The notes below the pieces were generated by a model. It was not told where the DNA came from. It did not search any database and saw nothing but the letters and a program-made list of their open reading frames with translations. From positions 1,376,001 to 1,440,000 of the forward strand of contig CAVXXK010000001.1 of assembly GCA_963765675.1 (NCBI GenBank): DNA of 64,000 nucleotides. The letters are read 5' to 3'. The position numbers and the translations under genes were made by a program. Position 1 is the first letter of the stretch, and each line of letters opens with the position of its first letter. This document shows, in pieces, positions 40,549 through 49,908 of this stretch. This DNA comes from an uncultured delta proteobacterium (GTDB taxonomy: Bacteria > Desulfobacterota > Binatia > Binatales > Binataceae).

Positions 40549-41514
40549 TCAGTGGCCGGAAGGGGTGTCGAGCGCGAAGGTCTCTGCGATCCAGAGCGCG
40601 CCCAGTGCGGCTATCCGCGTGTTGTCGAATGCGCAGAAGATTTCCGCGCGCGACGGATGTTCCTCGGCGCGAAGGAGAATCGCTTCCTGTCCGATCGCAT
40701 CCACGAGCGACAGCGGTTCCGATTCCTCGACCATCAGGATTCCAGGCGCCGCCCGCAGCGCGTCGATCCATCCGTCGGCGGGTCCGCTCGCGTGCAGCGT
40801 GAGCATCGTGCCGTGCAGCACCGGAATCGCGGCGAGCTGCATGCTGAGCGACGCGGCGGGCCGCGAGAGCATCGCGAGCACCTGCTCCGCGATTCGTCCG
40901 GCTACGGCGCGTTCGCCCTCGCGCACGAATGCATTGAACGCGCGCTGGGTTTCGTCTTCCTCGAGGTCGAGGCGCGCGGCGAGCAGGTCGGTGGTTTGAT
41001 CGACGGTGCGCGCGATCATATGGCGGCCACGCGCCGACGCTCCCTGCATCGCGACGGCAGAGGCGGCGGCGACCGGTCCGATCGCGCCCAGGCACAGCGC
41101 CAGCGCGTGCGCGATCGGATTCGGAGTCGCGTAGAGCTTGCGGCCGCGAAGCGCGGCAACTCGCTCGCGCGAGGTCACGCCGGGCGACACGATCGCGTCA
41201 GTCGGCGCGCGCGAGCATCCGCTCAGATCGATCAACATCGGACCGGGGCGCGCGTTGATAATTTCGAGTGCCGGATCTTCCGGCACCGCGAGGAACGCGA
41301 CGTCGTAGCGCGCGAGATCGCCGGCATCCTCGAATTGCTCGATCAGATATTCGTCGTCGCCGGACTCGAGGGTGCCGGAGGATCCGGCGCTGGTGGCGAA
41401 CAGCTTGAGATCGGAATGGGGAAACGCGCGCGCCGCGATCAATTCGACGATTTGGTTGCCGACCGCACCGGTGGCGCCGACCACGGCCACTTTCGGTTCG
41501 ACGTCGTTACTCAT
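40549..41514 (-). CDS. Aspartate-semialdehyde dehydrogenase-like protein (Usg-like, degenerate)
   Basis: VAVVGATGAVG Rossmann motif, AFN, IPVLHG, FDN; located between leuB and truA; catalytic NC motif reads TPNP. Confidence 0.75.
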   Translation of the reverse strand: MSNDVEPKVAVVGATGAVGNQIVELIAARAFPHSDLKLFATSAGSSGTLESGDDEYLIEQFEDAGDLARYDVAFLAVPEDPALEIINARPGPMLIDLSGCSRAPTDAIVSPGVTSRERVAALRGRKLYATPNPIAHALALCLGAIGPVAAASAVAMQGASARGRHMIARTVDQTTDLLAARLDLEEDETQRAFNAFVREGERAVAGRIAEQVLAMLSRPAASLSMQLAAIPVLHGTMLTLHASGPADGWIDALRAAPGILMVEESEPLSLVDAIGQEAILLRAEEHPSRAEIFCAFDNTRIAALGALWIAETFALDTPSGH

Positions 41515-42620
41515 CAGGCGTCGAGGCTCTCGATCTTCTCCCGCACCAGCCGGCCCATCGCCTTGCATCCAACCGTTTTGGTTCCGCTGCCGCCGGCCAG
41601 GTCGCGGGTGCGATGCCCGTCCTTCACGACCGAATCCACCGCCTGCTCGATCACCTCGGCCTCGGAGCGCATCCCGAGCGAATGCTCCAGCAGCATCGCG
41701 GCTGAGAGGATCGCGGCCAACGGATTGGCTTCGTCGCGTCCGGCGATATCGGGCGCGCTGCCGTGAATCGGCTCGTAAAGTCCGACGCGGTAGCCGGCGC
41801 TATTCATTTCCTCGCCGAGCGACGCGGACGGCAGAAGACCCATCGAGCCCGCGAGGACCGAGGCTTCGTCGGTGAGGATATCGCCGAACATATTTTCGGT
41901 GACGATCACGTCGAAGTCTTTCGGCCGCCGCAGCAGATGCATCGCCATCGAATCGACGAGCTGATGCTCGCAGGCTACGTCGCTGAATTCTTTTGCGATC
42001 GCAGTCGCGATCTCGCGCCACAGCCGCGAGGTCGAGAGCACGTTGGCCTTGTCGACCGAGGTCAGCTTCTTCTTCCGATTGCGTGCGAGCTCGAAGCCGA
42101 AGCGCAGCACACGCGCGATTTCCGGCTCGGTGTAGAAGCAGGTGTCAACCGCCTCGCGTCCGTCCTTGCCGTCGCGCCTTTCGCTCGGCTTGCCGTAGTA
42201 GATGCCGCCGGTCAGCTCGCGGATTACGACCAGATCCACGGCGCTGATAATCTCGGGCTTGAGCGGCGAAGCGGAGAGCAGTTCCTTGACCGCGCGTACC
42301 GGCCGCATGTTGGCAAAGAGTCCGAGAGCCTTGCGCAGTCCGAGCAGAGCCTGCTCGGGGCGCACGGTGGCGTTGGGATTATCCCACTTGGGACCGCCGA
42401 CGGCGCCGAGCAGGATCGCGTCGCTGTCCTGCGCGTGCTTGAGCGTGTCCTCGGGCATCGGCGTGCCGAATTGATCGATCGCGTGGCCGCCGATATGCCC
42501 TTCCTTGAACTCCATATCGATCGCGGAGCGGCGCGCGATCACCTTGAGGACTTGCAGGGCTTCGCCCACGACCTCGGGGCCGATACCGTCACCCTTGAGC
42601 ACTAGAATTTTGTAGGCCAT
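41514..42620 (-). CDS. leuB: 3-isopropylmalate dehydrogenase
   Basis: GDGIGPEV, GAVGGPKWD, RELTGGIY, DKANVL, NMFGDILTDE, EPIHGSAPDIAG. Confidence 0.96.
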   Translation of the reverse strand: MAYKILVLKGDGIGPEVVGEALQVLKVIARRSAIDMEFKEGHIGGHAIDQFGTPMPEDTLKHAQDSDAILLGAVGGPKWDNPNATVRPEQALLGLRKALGLFANMRPVRAVKELLSASPLKPEIISAVDLVVIRELTGGIYYGKPSERRDGKDGREAVDTCFYTEPEIARVLRFGFELARNRKKKLTSVDKANVLSTSRLWREIATAIAKEFSDVACEHQLVDSMAMHLLRRPKDFDVIVTENMFGDILTDEASVLAGSMGLLPSASLGEEMNSAGYRVGLYEPIHGSAPDIAGRDEANPLAAILSAAMLLEHSLGMRSEAEVIEQAVDSVVKDGHRTRDLAGGSGTKTVGCKAMGRLVREKIESLDA

Positions 42621-42792
42621 TTACCGAAGCGGAGATCCTGATCGCTTGCGATTTCGCGAGGCTTGGGTTTGGTTGCCGCTTCCGGCGCGCGTCATGAGAA
42701 GCGCCGGCGCCGTGCGTCCGGAGCGGATGATCATAAAAATCAAGTTCCATAGCACTTAGCCGAACTCGACAATTGCAGCAAGCCCCGCGCTG

Positions 42793-44364
42793 CTACGCCA
42801 CGTCGGAAGTCGGCTTGAGCGGCTGATGCTTTCGTCCCCTGAGACGGTTCAGCGCGTTTACGAGCGCCAGCGCGGACGCGGTCACGATATCGCTATGCGC
42901 GCCGGCGCCGGCCACCGTCATCCCGTTGTCGCGCACCAGGCAGCTCACTTCGCCGAGCGCGTCGGTGCCGCCGGTTATCGCCTTGACCGCGTAGCGCTCG
43001 AGCGTGGGCTGGATGCCGGCGATTTTGTAAATCGCCTTGTAGGCGGCATCGACCATCCCGTCGCCTTCCGACTCGGCGGTCTTCTCGACGCCGGCCACGC
43101 GCAGTGTGACTTCGGCATGCGGCATCGCCTTCGACGAGGTTGAGGAGACGCGCATATCGACCAGCTCGAAGTGATCGACGGTGCGGCGCGTCTCTTCGGT
43201 GACCAGCGCGAGAATATCGTCGTCGTACACGATCTTCTTTTTGTCGCACAGCGCCTTGAACTCGGCGAACGCCTTGTTGATATCGACCGACTCGGTGTCG
43301 ACGCCGAGCGTCTTCAGCCGCTCGACGAACGCGTGGCGCCCCGAATGCTTTCCCAGCACCAGCTTATTCGAGGGGATCCCGATATCCTCGGGTTTCATGA
43401 TCTCGTAGGTGAGCTTGTACTTGAGCACGCCATCCTGATGGATTCCCGCCTCGTGAGCGAAGGCGTTGTCGCCGACGATCGGCTTGTTGGCGGGGACCGG
43501 CTGTCCGATTACCTGCGAGAGCAGGCGCGAGGCCGGATAGATCTGCTTCGTATTGACGCGCGACTGCACGCCCATCAGGTCGTGCCGGGTCTTGAGCGCC
43601 ATCACCACTTCTTCCATCGAGCAGTTGCCCGCGCGCTCGCCGATTCCGTTGATCGTGCATTCGACCTGACGCGCTCCATTGCGCACCGCGGCCAGCGAGT
43701 TGGCGACCGCGAGCCCCAAATCGTTATGGCAGTGCGCGCTCCAGATAACTTTGTCGGCGCCGGGAACCCGCTCGCGCAGGTAGGCGAACATCCGTCCGAA
43801 CTCTTCCGGGATCGCGTGGCCGGTGGTGTCGGGAAGATTGATCGTGGTGGCGCCCGCCGCGATCACGCTGGTGCATACGGTGACCATGTAGTCCCAGTCC
43901 GAGCGCGAGGCGTCTTCGCACGAGAACTCGATATAGTCGAGATGCTTCTTCGCGCGCGTCACCGACCAGGTCGCGGCGTCGAGCACGTCCTCGCGGGTCA
44001 TGTTGAGCTTGTACTTCAGGTGGATATCGGAAGTCGCGATGAAGATATGAATCCCGGGACGATCGGATTTATCGACCGCGCTCAGTGCGGAATCGACGTC
44101 TTCCTCGCGCGTGCGCGAGAGCGAGAGCACGATCGGGCCGCGCGCGGCCTCGGCGACGCGGCGCACGGATTCGAAATCGCCGGGCGACGACGCGGCGAAT
44201 CCGGCCTCGATCACGTCGACGTTGAGGCGCTCGAGCTGGCGCGCGAGCGCGACTTTCTCCTCGACGTTCATCGTGCATCCGGGCGACTGCTCGCCGTCGC
44301 GCAGGGTGGTGTCGAAGATCCGCACCCAATCGGAGTTGGTGTGTTCGGCGGTTTCGGTAGCCAT
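42793..44364 (-). CDS. leuA: 2-isopropylmalate synthase
   Basis: FDTTLRDGEQSPG, HCHNDLG, INGIGERAGN, HEAGIHQDG, LGKHSGRH, C-terminal regulatory domain. Confidence 0.96.
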   Translation of the reverse strand: MATETAEHTNSDWVRIFDTTLRDGEQSPGCTMNVEEKVALARQLERLNVDVIEAGFAASSPGDFESVRRVAEAARGPIVLSLSRTREEDVDSALSAVDKSDRPGIHIFIATSDIHLKYKLNMTREDVLDAATWSVTRAKKHLDYIEFSCEDASRSDWDYMVTVCTSVIAAGATTINLPDTTGHAIPEEFGRMFAYLRERVPGADKVIWSAHCHNDLGLAVANSLAAVRNGARQVECTINGIGERAGNCSMEEVVMALKTRHDLMGVQSRVNTKQIYPASRLLSQVIGQPVPANKPIVGDNAFAHEAGIHQDGVLKYKLTYEIMKPEDIGIPSNKLVLGKHSGRHAFVERLKTLGVDTESVDINKAFAEFKALCDKKKIVYDDDILALVTEETRRTVDHFELVDMRVSSTSSKAMPHAEVTLRVAGVEKTAESEGDGMVDAAYKAIYKIAGIQPTLERYAVKAITGGTDALGEVSCLVRDNGMTVAGAGAHSDIVTASALALVNALNRLRGRKHQPLKPTSDVA

Positions 44365-44413
44365 TGGTTCAGTTCCTCCTCATCCCCGCGTGGACCGAAG
44401 ACGCCGATGGCGC

Positions 44414-44463
44414 AAAAAAGAAAACGCCCGGGGCGGCTTTATCGGCCCACCGCCCAGGGCGTT
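44414..44463 (-). terminator. Attenuator terminator in the leuA leader
   Basis: Minus strand AACGCCCTGGGCGG...CCGCCCCGGGCGTT followed by TTCTTTTTT, between the leader stop and the leuA SD (GAGGAGG). Confidence 0.8.
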
Positions 44464-44486
44464 CGTCTCGGATTTGGTTTAGGCGC

Positions 44487-44570
44487 TTAAGCCTGCTCCG
44501 CGACGCACCCGGCGAGGGCCCTCGTAAGGGCCAGAATAAGCAGCAGTCCGGGCAGCGCGATGCGGAACAT
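44487..44570 (-). CDS. leuL: Leucine-rich leader peptide MFRIALPGLLLILALTRALAGCVAEQA
   Basis: 27 codons with 7 Leu including LLLIL, immediately followed by an intrinsic terminator and then leuA; below the ORF-track length cutoff. Confidence 0.7.
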   Translation of the reverse strand: MFRIALPGLLLILALTRALAGCVAEQA

Positions 44571-45018
44571 GGTGAGGAGATACTAAGCGCCACGAAATAC
44601 CTCAGTCAAGGCGAAGTAGCGGATCGAGGTTGGCGTCGCGGCCGACCGCATTGGCGAGCTACGCAGTCGAACATCGCTAGAACGCAGTTATAACGATGGG
44701 TTCGTTCAGGGAAAATCTGGTTCGTGTCAACAAAAATACTGAACAGTTTCAAGGATATTCTTGCAAATTTTTGGGTCCGTTCTTGGTTTTCGCTATTCTT
44801 TCGTCTCAAGGTCTTTGCGCTCGAATCACGGCGTCAAAGATCGAATCATGCTGATGGATTCTCCGGGTTTGGTTCATCGCGGTAATTATCGCATAGAATG
44901 CGGAGCTCGATAAGGCTGAGCAGTTCAGCCTTGTAGGACGTCCACAGATAGTTTACACGGCGTCGGGGATAATTGGGAGTCTTTGAGATAGCTTGACTAT
45001 CGGCGAGGTCTCGATGTC

Positions 45019-45339
45019 ATGGACGATATGGACGCAATCGTGCCGCCGGAAGATGCCGCGCGGATTGTGCGAGCGGGCAGGGCGCTGATGGTCGTTGGGT
45101 GGGCTACGATCCTGCTCATCGCCTATTTCGTCCGATCGGAAATGATTCAGCCGGGGCGGCAGTTCTTGATCTTCGTGCCGCTAGGGATCCTGTTGGCTGC
45201 CTCGTACTTTCTTCTTTCCTCTCGATGTCCGCGGTGTCATCGCGAATTCTTCGCGGAGAAGAGCGGGCTTGGCGCGATGTTCGGACGGTTCAGGTGCGTC
45301 GCGTGCGGTTACGATCCGGCCGCGCGAGAATCCCGGTGA
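45019..45339 (+). CDS. Small two-TM protein with C-terminal zinc ribbon
   Basis: Two hydrophobic segments then CPRC..CVACG; GAGG SD. Confidence 0.7.
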   Translation: MDDMDAIVPPEDAARIVRAGRALMVVGWATILLIAYFVRSEMIQPGRQFLIFVPLGILLAASYFLLSSRCPRCHREFFAEKSGLGAMFGRFRCVACGYDPAARESR

Positions 45340-45402
45340 ATTTCAGTAAGCGGCAGATCAACGCGGTGCGCGATGCGTCGCGATCCAGATGTTGCGCTTT
45401 TC

Positions 45403-45431
45403 TTGACATCTGTTGCGTCATTCGTTACATT
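45403..45431 (+). promoter_or_regulatory. Sigma70 promoter of higBA
   Basis: TTGACA-N17-TACATT ending 7 nt before the higB ATG; AGATGT/ACATCT inverted repeat overlaps the -35. Confidence 0.7.
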
Positions 45432-45438
45432 CAGAATC

Positions 45439-45729
45439 ATGATTAGGAGCTTCATCCACAAGGGGCTCCGTGACCTGTTCGAGACTGGTGCAAGCGCCGC
45501 GGTTCCGCCATCACTGGCGCGGCGTTTAAGGCGCATACTCGATACATTAGATGCCGCGACCGATCTGCTTGACCTGAATACAAAACCGGGATCGGGCTAC
45601 CACAGGCTCAGAGGAAAGGATTCCGAAGGGAACGAACGGCACGCGATCTCGGTCAACGGGCCGTGGCGAATCACCTTTCAATGGGAGAAACCCGATGTTT
45701 ATCGAGTGGATTTAGAACAGTATCATTGA
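45439..45729 (+). CDS. higB: HigB toxin (RelE/ParE superfamily)
   Basis: MIRSFIHKGLRDLFETG..HRLRG..ISVNGPWRITF..VDLEQYH. Confidence 0.92.
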   Translation: MIRSFIHKGLRDLFETGASAAVPPSLARRLRRILDTLDAATDLLDLNTKPGSGYHRLRGKDSEGNERHAISVNGPWRITFQWEKPDVYRVDLEQYH

Positions 45730-45792
45730 CGTTCTCGAACACCCTGACACCGCTCTATATCGATTACGAATATCATAGGAGAAGCAGAGTAT

Positions 45793-46119
45793 ATGAAGCG
45801 CGAATATCCGGCGCCGGCCGAAATCAAGCGCGAACCGACGCATCCGGGCGAGATCATCGGAGAAGATACCCTACCGGCTCTGAAGCTGAGCGTTGCCGAG
45901 GCGGCGCTGAAACTTGGAGTGTCGCGCCAGACCCTGTATCGGATCGTGAAGTGCCAGGCCGCGGTGACTCCCGACATGGCTATCCGGATCGGGAAGCTGT
46001 GTGGCAACGGGCCTGACATCTGGCTGAATCTCCAGCGTAAGTACGATCTGTGGCACGCGAAGCGGAAGCTTGGCAGCCGGATCGATCGGATTCCGACCAT
46101 GAAGGAAGCCGCCGTCTGA
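45793..46119 (+). CDS. higA: HigA antitoxin (XRE HTH)
   Basis: PTHPGEII..AALKLGVSRQTL..VTPDMAIRIG..WLNLQ..YDLW. Confidence 0.92.
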   Translation: MKREYPAPAEIKREPTHPGEIIGEDTLPALKLSVAEAALKLGVSRQTLYRIVKCQAAVTPDMAIRIGKLCGNGPDIWLNLQRKYDLWHAKRKLGSRIDRIPTMKEAAV

Positions 46120-46175
46120 GACCGAGTTTAGCTTCTCGATAAATGAGCCAGGCGAGCGCGATCTGGCTTGTCCAC

Positions 46176-46276
46176 TTACTGCGGCGCGTTCGGCGGTTCG
46201 TTGAGGGAACCGGTCTTGCGGGCGGGTGGCGTAGTTGGGGCGGATGATTTTGCGGCGGCGTTGCGGGAGGATAGCG
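46176..46276 (-). repeat. Degenerate direct duplicate of the pssA 3' end
   Basis: GCGTTCGGCGGTTCGTTGAGGGAACCGGTCTTGCG, GGGTGGCGTAGTTGGGGCGGA and GCGTTGCGGGAGGATAGCG blocks also occur at 46874-46978. Confidence 0.85.
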
Positions 46277-46353
46277 TCGGCCGACGGGCCGTCGGCGGCC
46301 ACTGGCAGGCTGTCGATCTTTTCGCACACTCTTCCTCGCACCCATGGCTATTC

Positions 46354-46806
46354 GCACTAATCGCTTCGCGGAGATCATTCGCCTACGGCTCAGGATGACA
46401 TATAAACTCGGCGCGAGGGAGCAGGTGCGCGAAAGACGGGCGGCTCGCGAGCCGCCCCTACGAAGAAACGTGGTTGAGTCTTGGGTGGCACAGGCTTTAG
46501 CCTGTGGCCCGCACCGGCTAAAGCCGGTGCCACTTGAGACCCACCGCGAGTGCGAGGTTCACCGGCCGTGTTGCAGCACAGCCGCGTGCCACCGCTACGA
46601 AACCGGCGCGGTTGTGATTCCCGCGCCCTTCGACAGGCTCAGGGCAGGTTCCGGCTGCCGCACGAGAGCCTTTCCTGAGCAAGGTCGAAGGAAATCCCGA
46701 ACCGAGAAAGTACTGCATGTGATGTTGGCTTCGAGCATGGACGCCTCGGGATTCCTCGCCCAGGGCTCGGAATGACGATCGACGGCTCGGCTGAGAATAC
46801 GATACT
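46354..46806. repeat. Mixed REP hot spot (GTCAT-family, GTAG-family and GTGGCAC-family palindromes)
   Basis: 46354-46399 half MITE; 46438-46461 reverse complement GTAGGGGCGGCTCGCGAGCCGCCC; 46485-46533 GTGGCACAGGCTTTAGCCTGTG doublet; 46613-46700 and 46735-46806 GTCAT-family units. Confidence 0.8.
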
Positions 46807-46868
46807 CATCGCCCCCGCACACTTTCATGGCAGGATCACTCAACGGAGCGCGAGAGAAAATATAGTCT

Positions 46869-47825
46869 CTATCGCGGGGCGTTCGGCGGTTCGTTGAGGG
46901 AACCGGTCTTGCGCGCGGCGGGGGGTGGCGTAGTTGGGGCGGAGGATTTTGCGGCGGCGGCGTTGCGGGAGGATAGCGGACCCATCACGGGGACCTTTTC
47001 GTGCATCTCTTCGCCGCGAATCATCAGGTAGGGACCCGAAAGGACGAAGGCGCTGGCGAGAACAAAAGCGGTCAGTTGCGGCAGCGCGAACAGGAGCGCG
47101 ATCACGACCAGCACAACGATCAGCAGCTCGACCTGCGCGCGGCGCTTGAAGTCGATTCCCTTGAAGCTCGGATAGGGAACGCGCGAGATCATCAGCCAGC
47201 CGAGGGCGAGCGTTAGCGGAACCATCGCGAGACACAACACTCTCGGCGAAGTGAAGTCGAAGTAGCTATAGGCAAGCGCGGTTCCCGCGATCATGATCGC
47301 CGCGCCCGGCACGGGCAGGCCGACGAAGCGGCGCTTGTCCACCGTTTCGACCTGGACGTTGAAACGCGCAAGACGCAGCGCGGCGCATACGACGAACAGT
47401 CCGCTGACGGCGATTCCGAGCGTGCCGATCGGCATCAGCGCCCAGGTGTAGGCGAGGATCGCCGGCGCCATCCCGAAGGCGACAACGTCGGAGAGGCTGT
47501 CGTACTCAACCCCGAACTGGCTAGAAGTGCGCGACAGGCGCGCGACGCGGCCGTCAAGGCCGTCGCAGACGAACGCGACCAGGATCATCACGGCGGCGAG
47601 CTCGAAATGGCCGCCGATCGCGGAGATCGCGGAATAGAAGCCGGAGAGCAGGCCGAGCGAGGTAATGGTTGCCGGGACCAGGAAGACGCCCCGGCGAAGC
47701 GGGCCTGCGACTTTTCCGCGCTGCTCGAGAAAACGGCCGCGGATGATACGTACGTGCTCGCGATCTTCGTCGTTCAGAATTTCGCGGGTGCCGGTTGGCC
47801 GCGTGCGGCGCGAGTCGGTGCTCAT
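46869..47825 (-). CDS. pssA: CDP-diacylglycerol--serine O-phosphatidyltransferase
   Basis: DGLDGRVAR..FGVEYDSLSDVVAFG.AP, LRLARFN, FVGLPVP; follows psd. Confidence 0.93.
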   Translation of the reverse strand: MSTDSRRTRPTGTREILNDEDREHVRIIRGRFLEQRGKVAGPLRRGVFLVPATITSLGLLSGFYSAISAIGGHFELAAVMILVAFVCDGLDGRVARLSRTSSQFGVEYDSLSDVVAFGMAPAILAYTWALMPIGTLGIAVSGLFVVCAALRLARFNVQVETVDKRRFVGLPVPGAAIMIAGTALAYSYFDFTSPRVLCLAMVPLTLALGWLMISRVPYPSFKGIDFKRRAQVELLIVVLVVIALLFALPQLTAFVLASAFVLSGPYLMIRGEEMHEKVPVMGPLSSRNAAAAKSSAPTTPPPAARKTGSLNEPPNAPR

Positions 47826-48535
47826 TAAGCTTTTTTCTCCGGCTCCAGTTCGGCCAGAATCGATTCGCCCGCGCGGACCCGGTCGCCGATCGCGACCAAC
47901 ACTCTGAACTCAGGGCTGAAGAAATGATCGACGCGGCTGCCGAACATGATGAGGCCGATCCTCTGGCCTGGCTCAATTCTATCATGGATTCGGAGCCTGC
48001 ATATGATGCGTCTAGCGAGGTACCCTGCTACCTGCATCATGCCGTAGCGGCGCCCGGCGGCGTCGGCAAAGACCATCAGATTGCGCTCGTTGCGCTCGCT
48101 CGCATCGTCGCGGAAGGCGGCGCGGAATTCGCCGGCGGTATGCTCGACGCGCAGCACCTCGCCGCCGACCGGAGCGCGGTTGACGTGGACATTGAGCGGC
48201 GACATGAAGACCGCGACGCGGCGAAAGCGGACGCCGGGAGCGCTGGGTATCTCGGCCTCGGAGATATCGGTGACCTTGCCGTCGGCGCCGCTGATCACGA
48301 CGCCGTCGGTGCGTGCGGGGAAGCGCTCGGGGTCGCGGAAGAACATTGCAATCGCTACGGCCGCGAGGATCACGAGAATGCCGACGATATGCAATCCAAA
48401 GAGCGCGAGGATGATCCCGGCGATCGCGACGGCGAGCGCCATCGCGACGCCCTCGCCCGCGATTCCAATCGCCGCGCCGAGGCGCGCGGCGATCGCGCCG
48501 GGATGCGTGCGCGAGCTATCGAATTTGCTGCTCAT
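47825..48535 (-). CDS. psd: Phosphatidylserine decarboxylase proenzyme
   Basis: FFRDPER, FMSPLNVHVNRAP, ERNERN, ARRI, FGSRVD self-cleavage motif. Confidence 0.93.
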   Translation of the reverse strand: MSSKFDSSRTHPGAIAARLGAAIGIAGEGVAMALAVAIAGIILALFGLHIVGILVILAAVAIAMFFRDPERFPARTDGVVISGADGKVTDISEAEIPSAPGVRFRRVAVFMSPLNVHVNRAPVGGEVLRVEHTAGEFRAAFRDDASERNERNLMVFADAAGRRYGMMQVAGYLARRIICRLRIHDRIEPGQRIGLIMFGSRVDHFFSPEFRVLVAIGDRVRAGESILAELEPEKKA

Positions 48536-48547
48536 GATTTCCCTGAT

Positions 48548-48839
48548 CCCTCGCCCACCGGGAGAGGGTGCCGCGAAGCGGCGGGTGAGGGTGCTGCTCT
48601 GCTTTCTTCTCTACGCAACGATATCTCCGCCTGCCCGAGATCAGAGCAGCACCCTCACCCACGCGTCACGGCGATTGCTGAAAAGAGCAATCGCCGCGCC
48701 GCGTCGCTCGCGTGCCAGTGGCACCTCCCGGAGGGAGAGGGTATGAGCCGCGGCGTCCGCGTGCCAGTGGCACCTCCCGGAGGGAGAGGGTATGGACAGA
48801 GGACTGCGGCGTCCGCGACCTCTCCTGGGACAAGGAGAG
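48548..48839. repeat. CCCTCACCC...GGGAGAGGG-type REP cluster with a 37-bp direct tandem duplication
   Basis: 19-bp inverted pair 48583-48601/48642-48660; identical CGCGTGCCAGTGGCACCTCCCGGAGGGAGAGGGTATG at 48709-48745 and 48758-48794. Confidence 0.8.
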
Positions 48840-48850
48840 ATCATCTTGTT

Positions 48851-49867
48851 CTAATTCTTCGACTTGTCTACCAGGCGGTCGCTTGCTAGCCAGGGCATGA
48901 AGGCGCGGAGCTTGCGGCCGACGTCCTCGACCGGATGGATCTCGCCCTCTTTGCGCATCTGTTTGAAATGCGGCAGGCCGGCGCGATACTCGGCGATCCA
49001 TTCGTTGGCGAATTTGCCCGACTGGATATCGGCGAGCAGCTTTTTCATCGCGGCTCGCGCTTCTTGTCCGATCACGCGCTTGCCGCGCGACATGTCGCCG
49101 TACTCGGCGGTGTTGCTGATCGAGTAGCGCATGTTTGAGATTCCGCCCTCGTATATCAGATCAACGATCAGCTTAACCTCGTGCAGACATTCGAAGTACG
49201 CCATCTCGGGCGCGTAGCCGGCTTCGACCAGCGTTTCCCATCCCGCGCGGATAAGCTCGGTCAGGCCGCCGCACAGGACCGCCTGCTCTCCGAACAGATC
49301 GGTTTCGGTTTCCTCTTTGAATGTAGTTTCGATTATCGCCGCGCGTCCGCCGCCGATTCCGCTGCCCCATGCGAGGCCGACCTTGCGCGTGTCGCCGGAA
49401 GGATCCTGCTGGACGGCGAGCAGGCACGGCACGCCGCGTCCCTTGACGTACTCGGAGCGGACCAGATGGCCGGGGCCTTTGGGCGCGATCATGAAGACGT
49501 TCACGTCGGGCGGCGGCTGGATGAATTTGAAATGGATATTGAAGCCGTGGCCGAAGGCGAGGTACTTGCCTTTGCTGAGTCCGGGCGCGATCTCTTTTGC
49601 ATAGATATCGCCGCCCATCTCGTCGGGCACCAGCATCATGATCACGTCGGCCTGGCGCGTCGCCTCGGCGGCATCGAAGACCGGCAGGCCCTGCTTGATC
49701 GCCTTGTCGCGCGAGGCGCTCGTGGCGCTCAGCCCCACGCGCACGTCCATCCCGCTGTCGCGCAGGTTGAGCGCGTGGGCATGGCCCTGGCTGCCGAAAC
49801 CGATCACGGCGATTTTCTTGCCGCGCAGCGCGTTGAGATCCGCGTCGCGGTCGTAAAAGACTTTCAT
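48851..49867 (-). CDS. ilvC: Ketol-acid reductoisomerase
   Basis: [52 protein letters not shown]. Confidence 0.97.
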   Translation of the reverse strand: MKVFYDRDADLNALRGKKIAVIGFGSQGHAHALNLRDSGMDVRVGLSATSASRDKAIKQGLPVFDAAEATRQADVIMMLVPDEMGGDIYAKEIAPGLSKGKYLAFGHGFNIHFKFIQPPPDVNVFMIAPKGPGHLVRSEYVKGRGVPCLLAVQQDPSGDTRKVGLAWGSGIGGGRAAIIETTFKEETETDLFGEQAVLCGGLTELIRAGWETLVEAGYAPEMAYFECLHEVKLIVDLIYEGGISNMRYSISNTAEYGDMSRGKRVIGQEARAAMKKLLADIQSGKFANEWIAEYRAGLPHFKQMRKEGEIHPVEDVGRKLRAFMPWLASDRLVDKSKN

Positions 49868-49908
49868 CAGAATTTTCTCCCGAGAAGTTTCAGTGCTATC
49901 GGCGAATT

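Noticed and set aside
48709-48794. Two identical 37-bp direct repeats, possible mini-CRISPR
   Set aside because: Only two copies, a 12-nt spacer, no cas genes, and the unit is part of a REP-type palindrome cluster.
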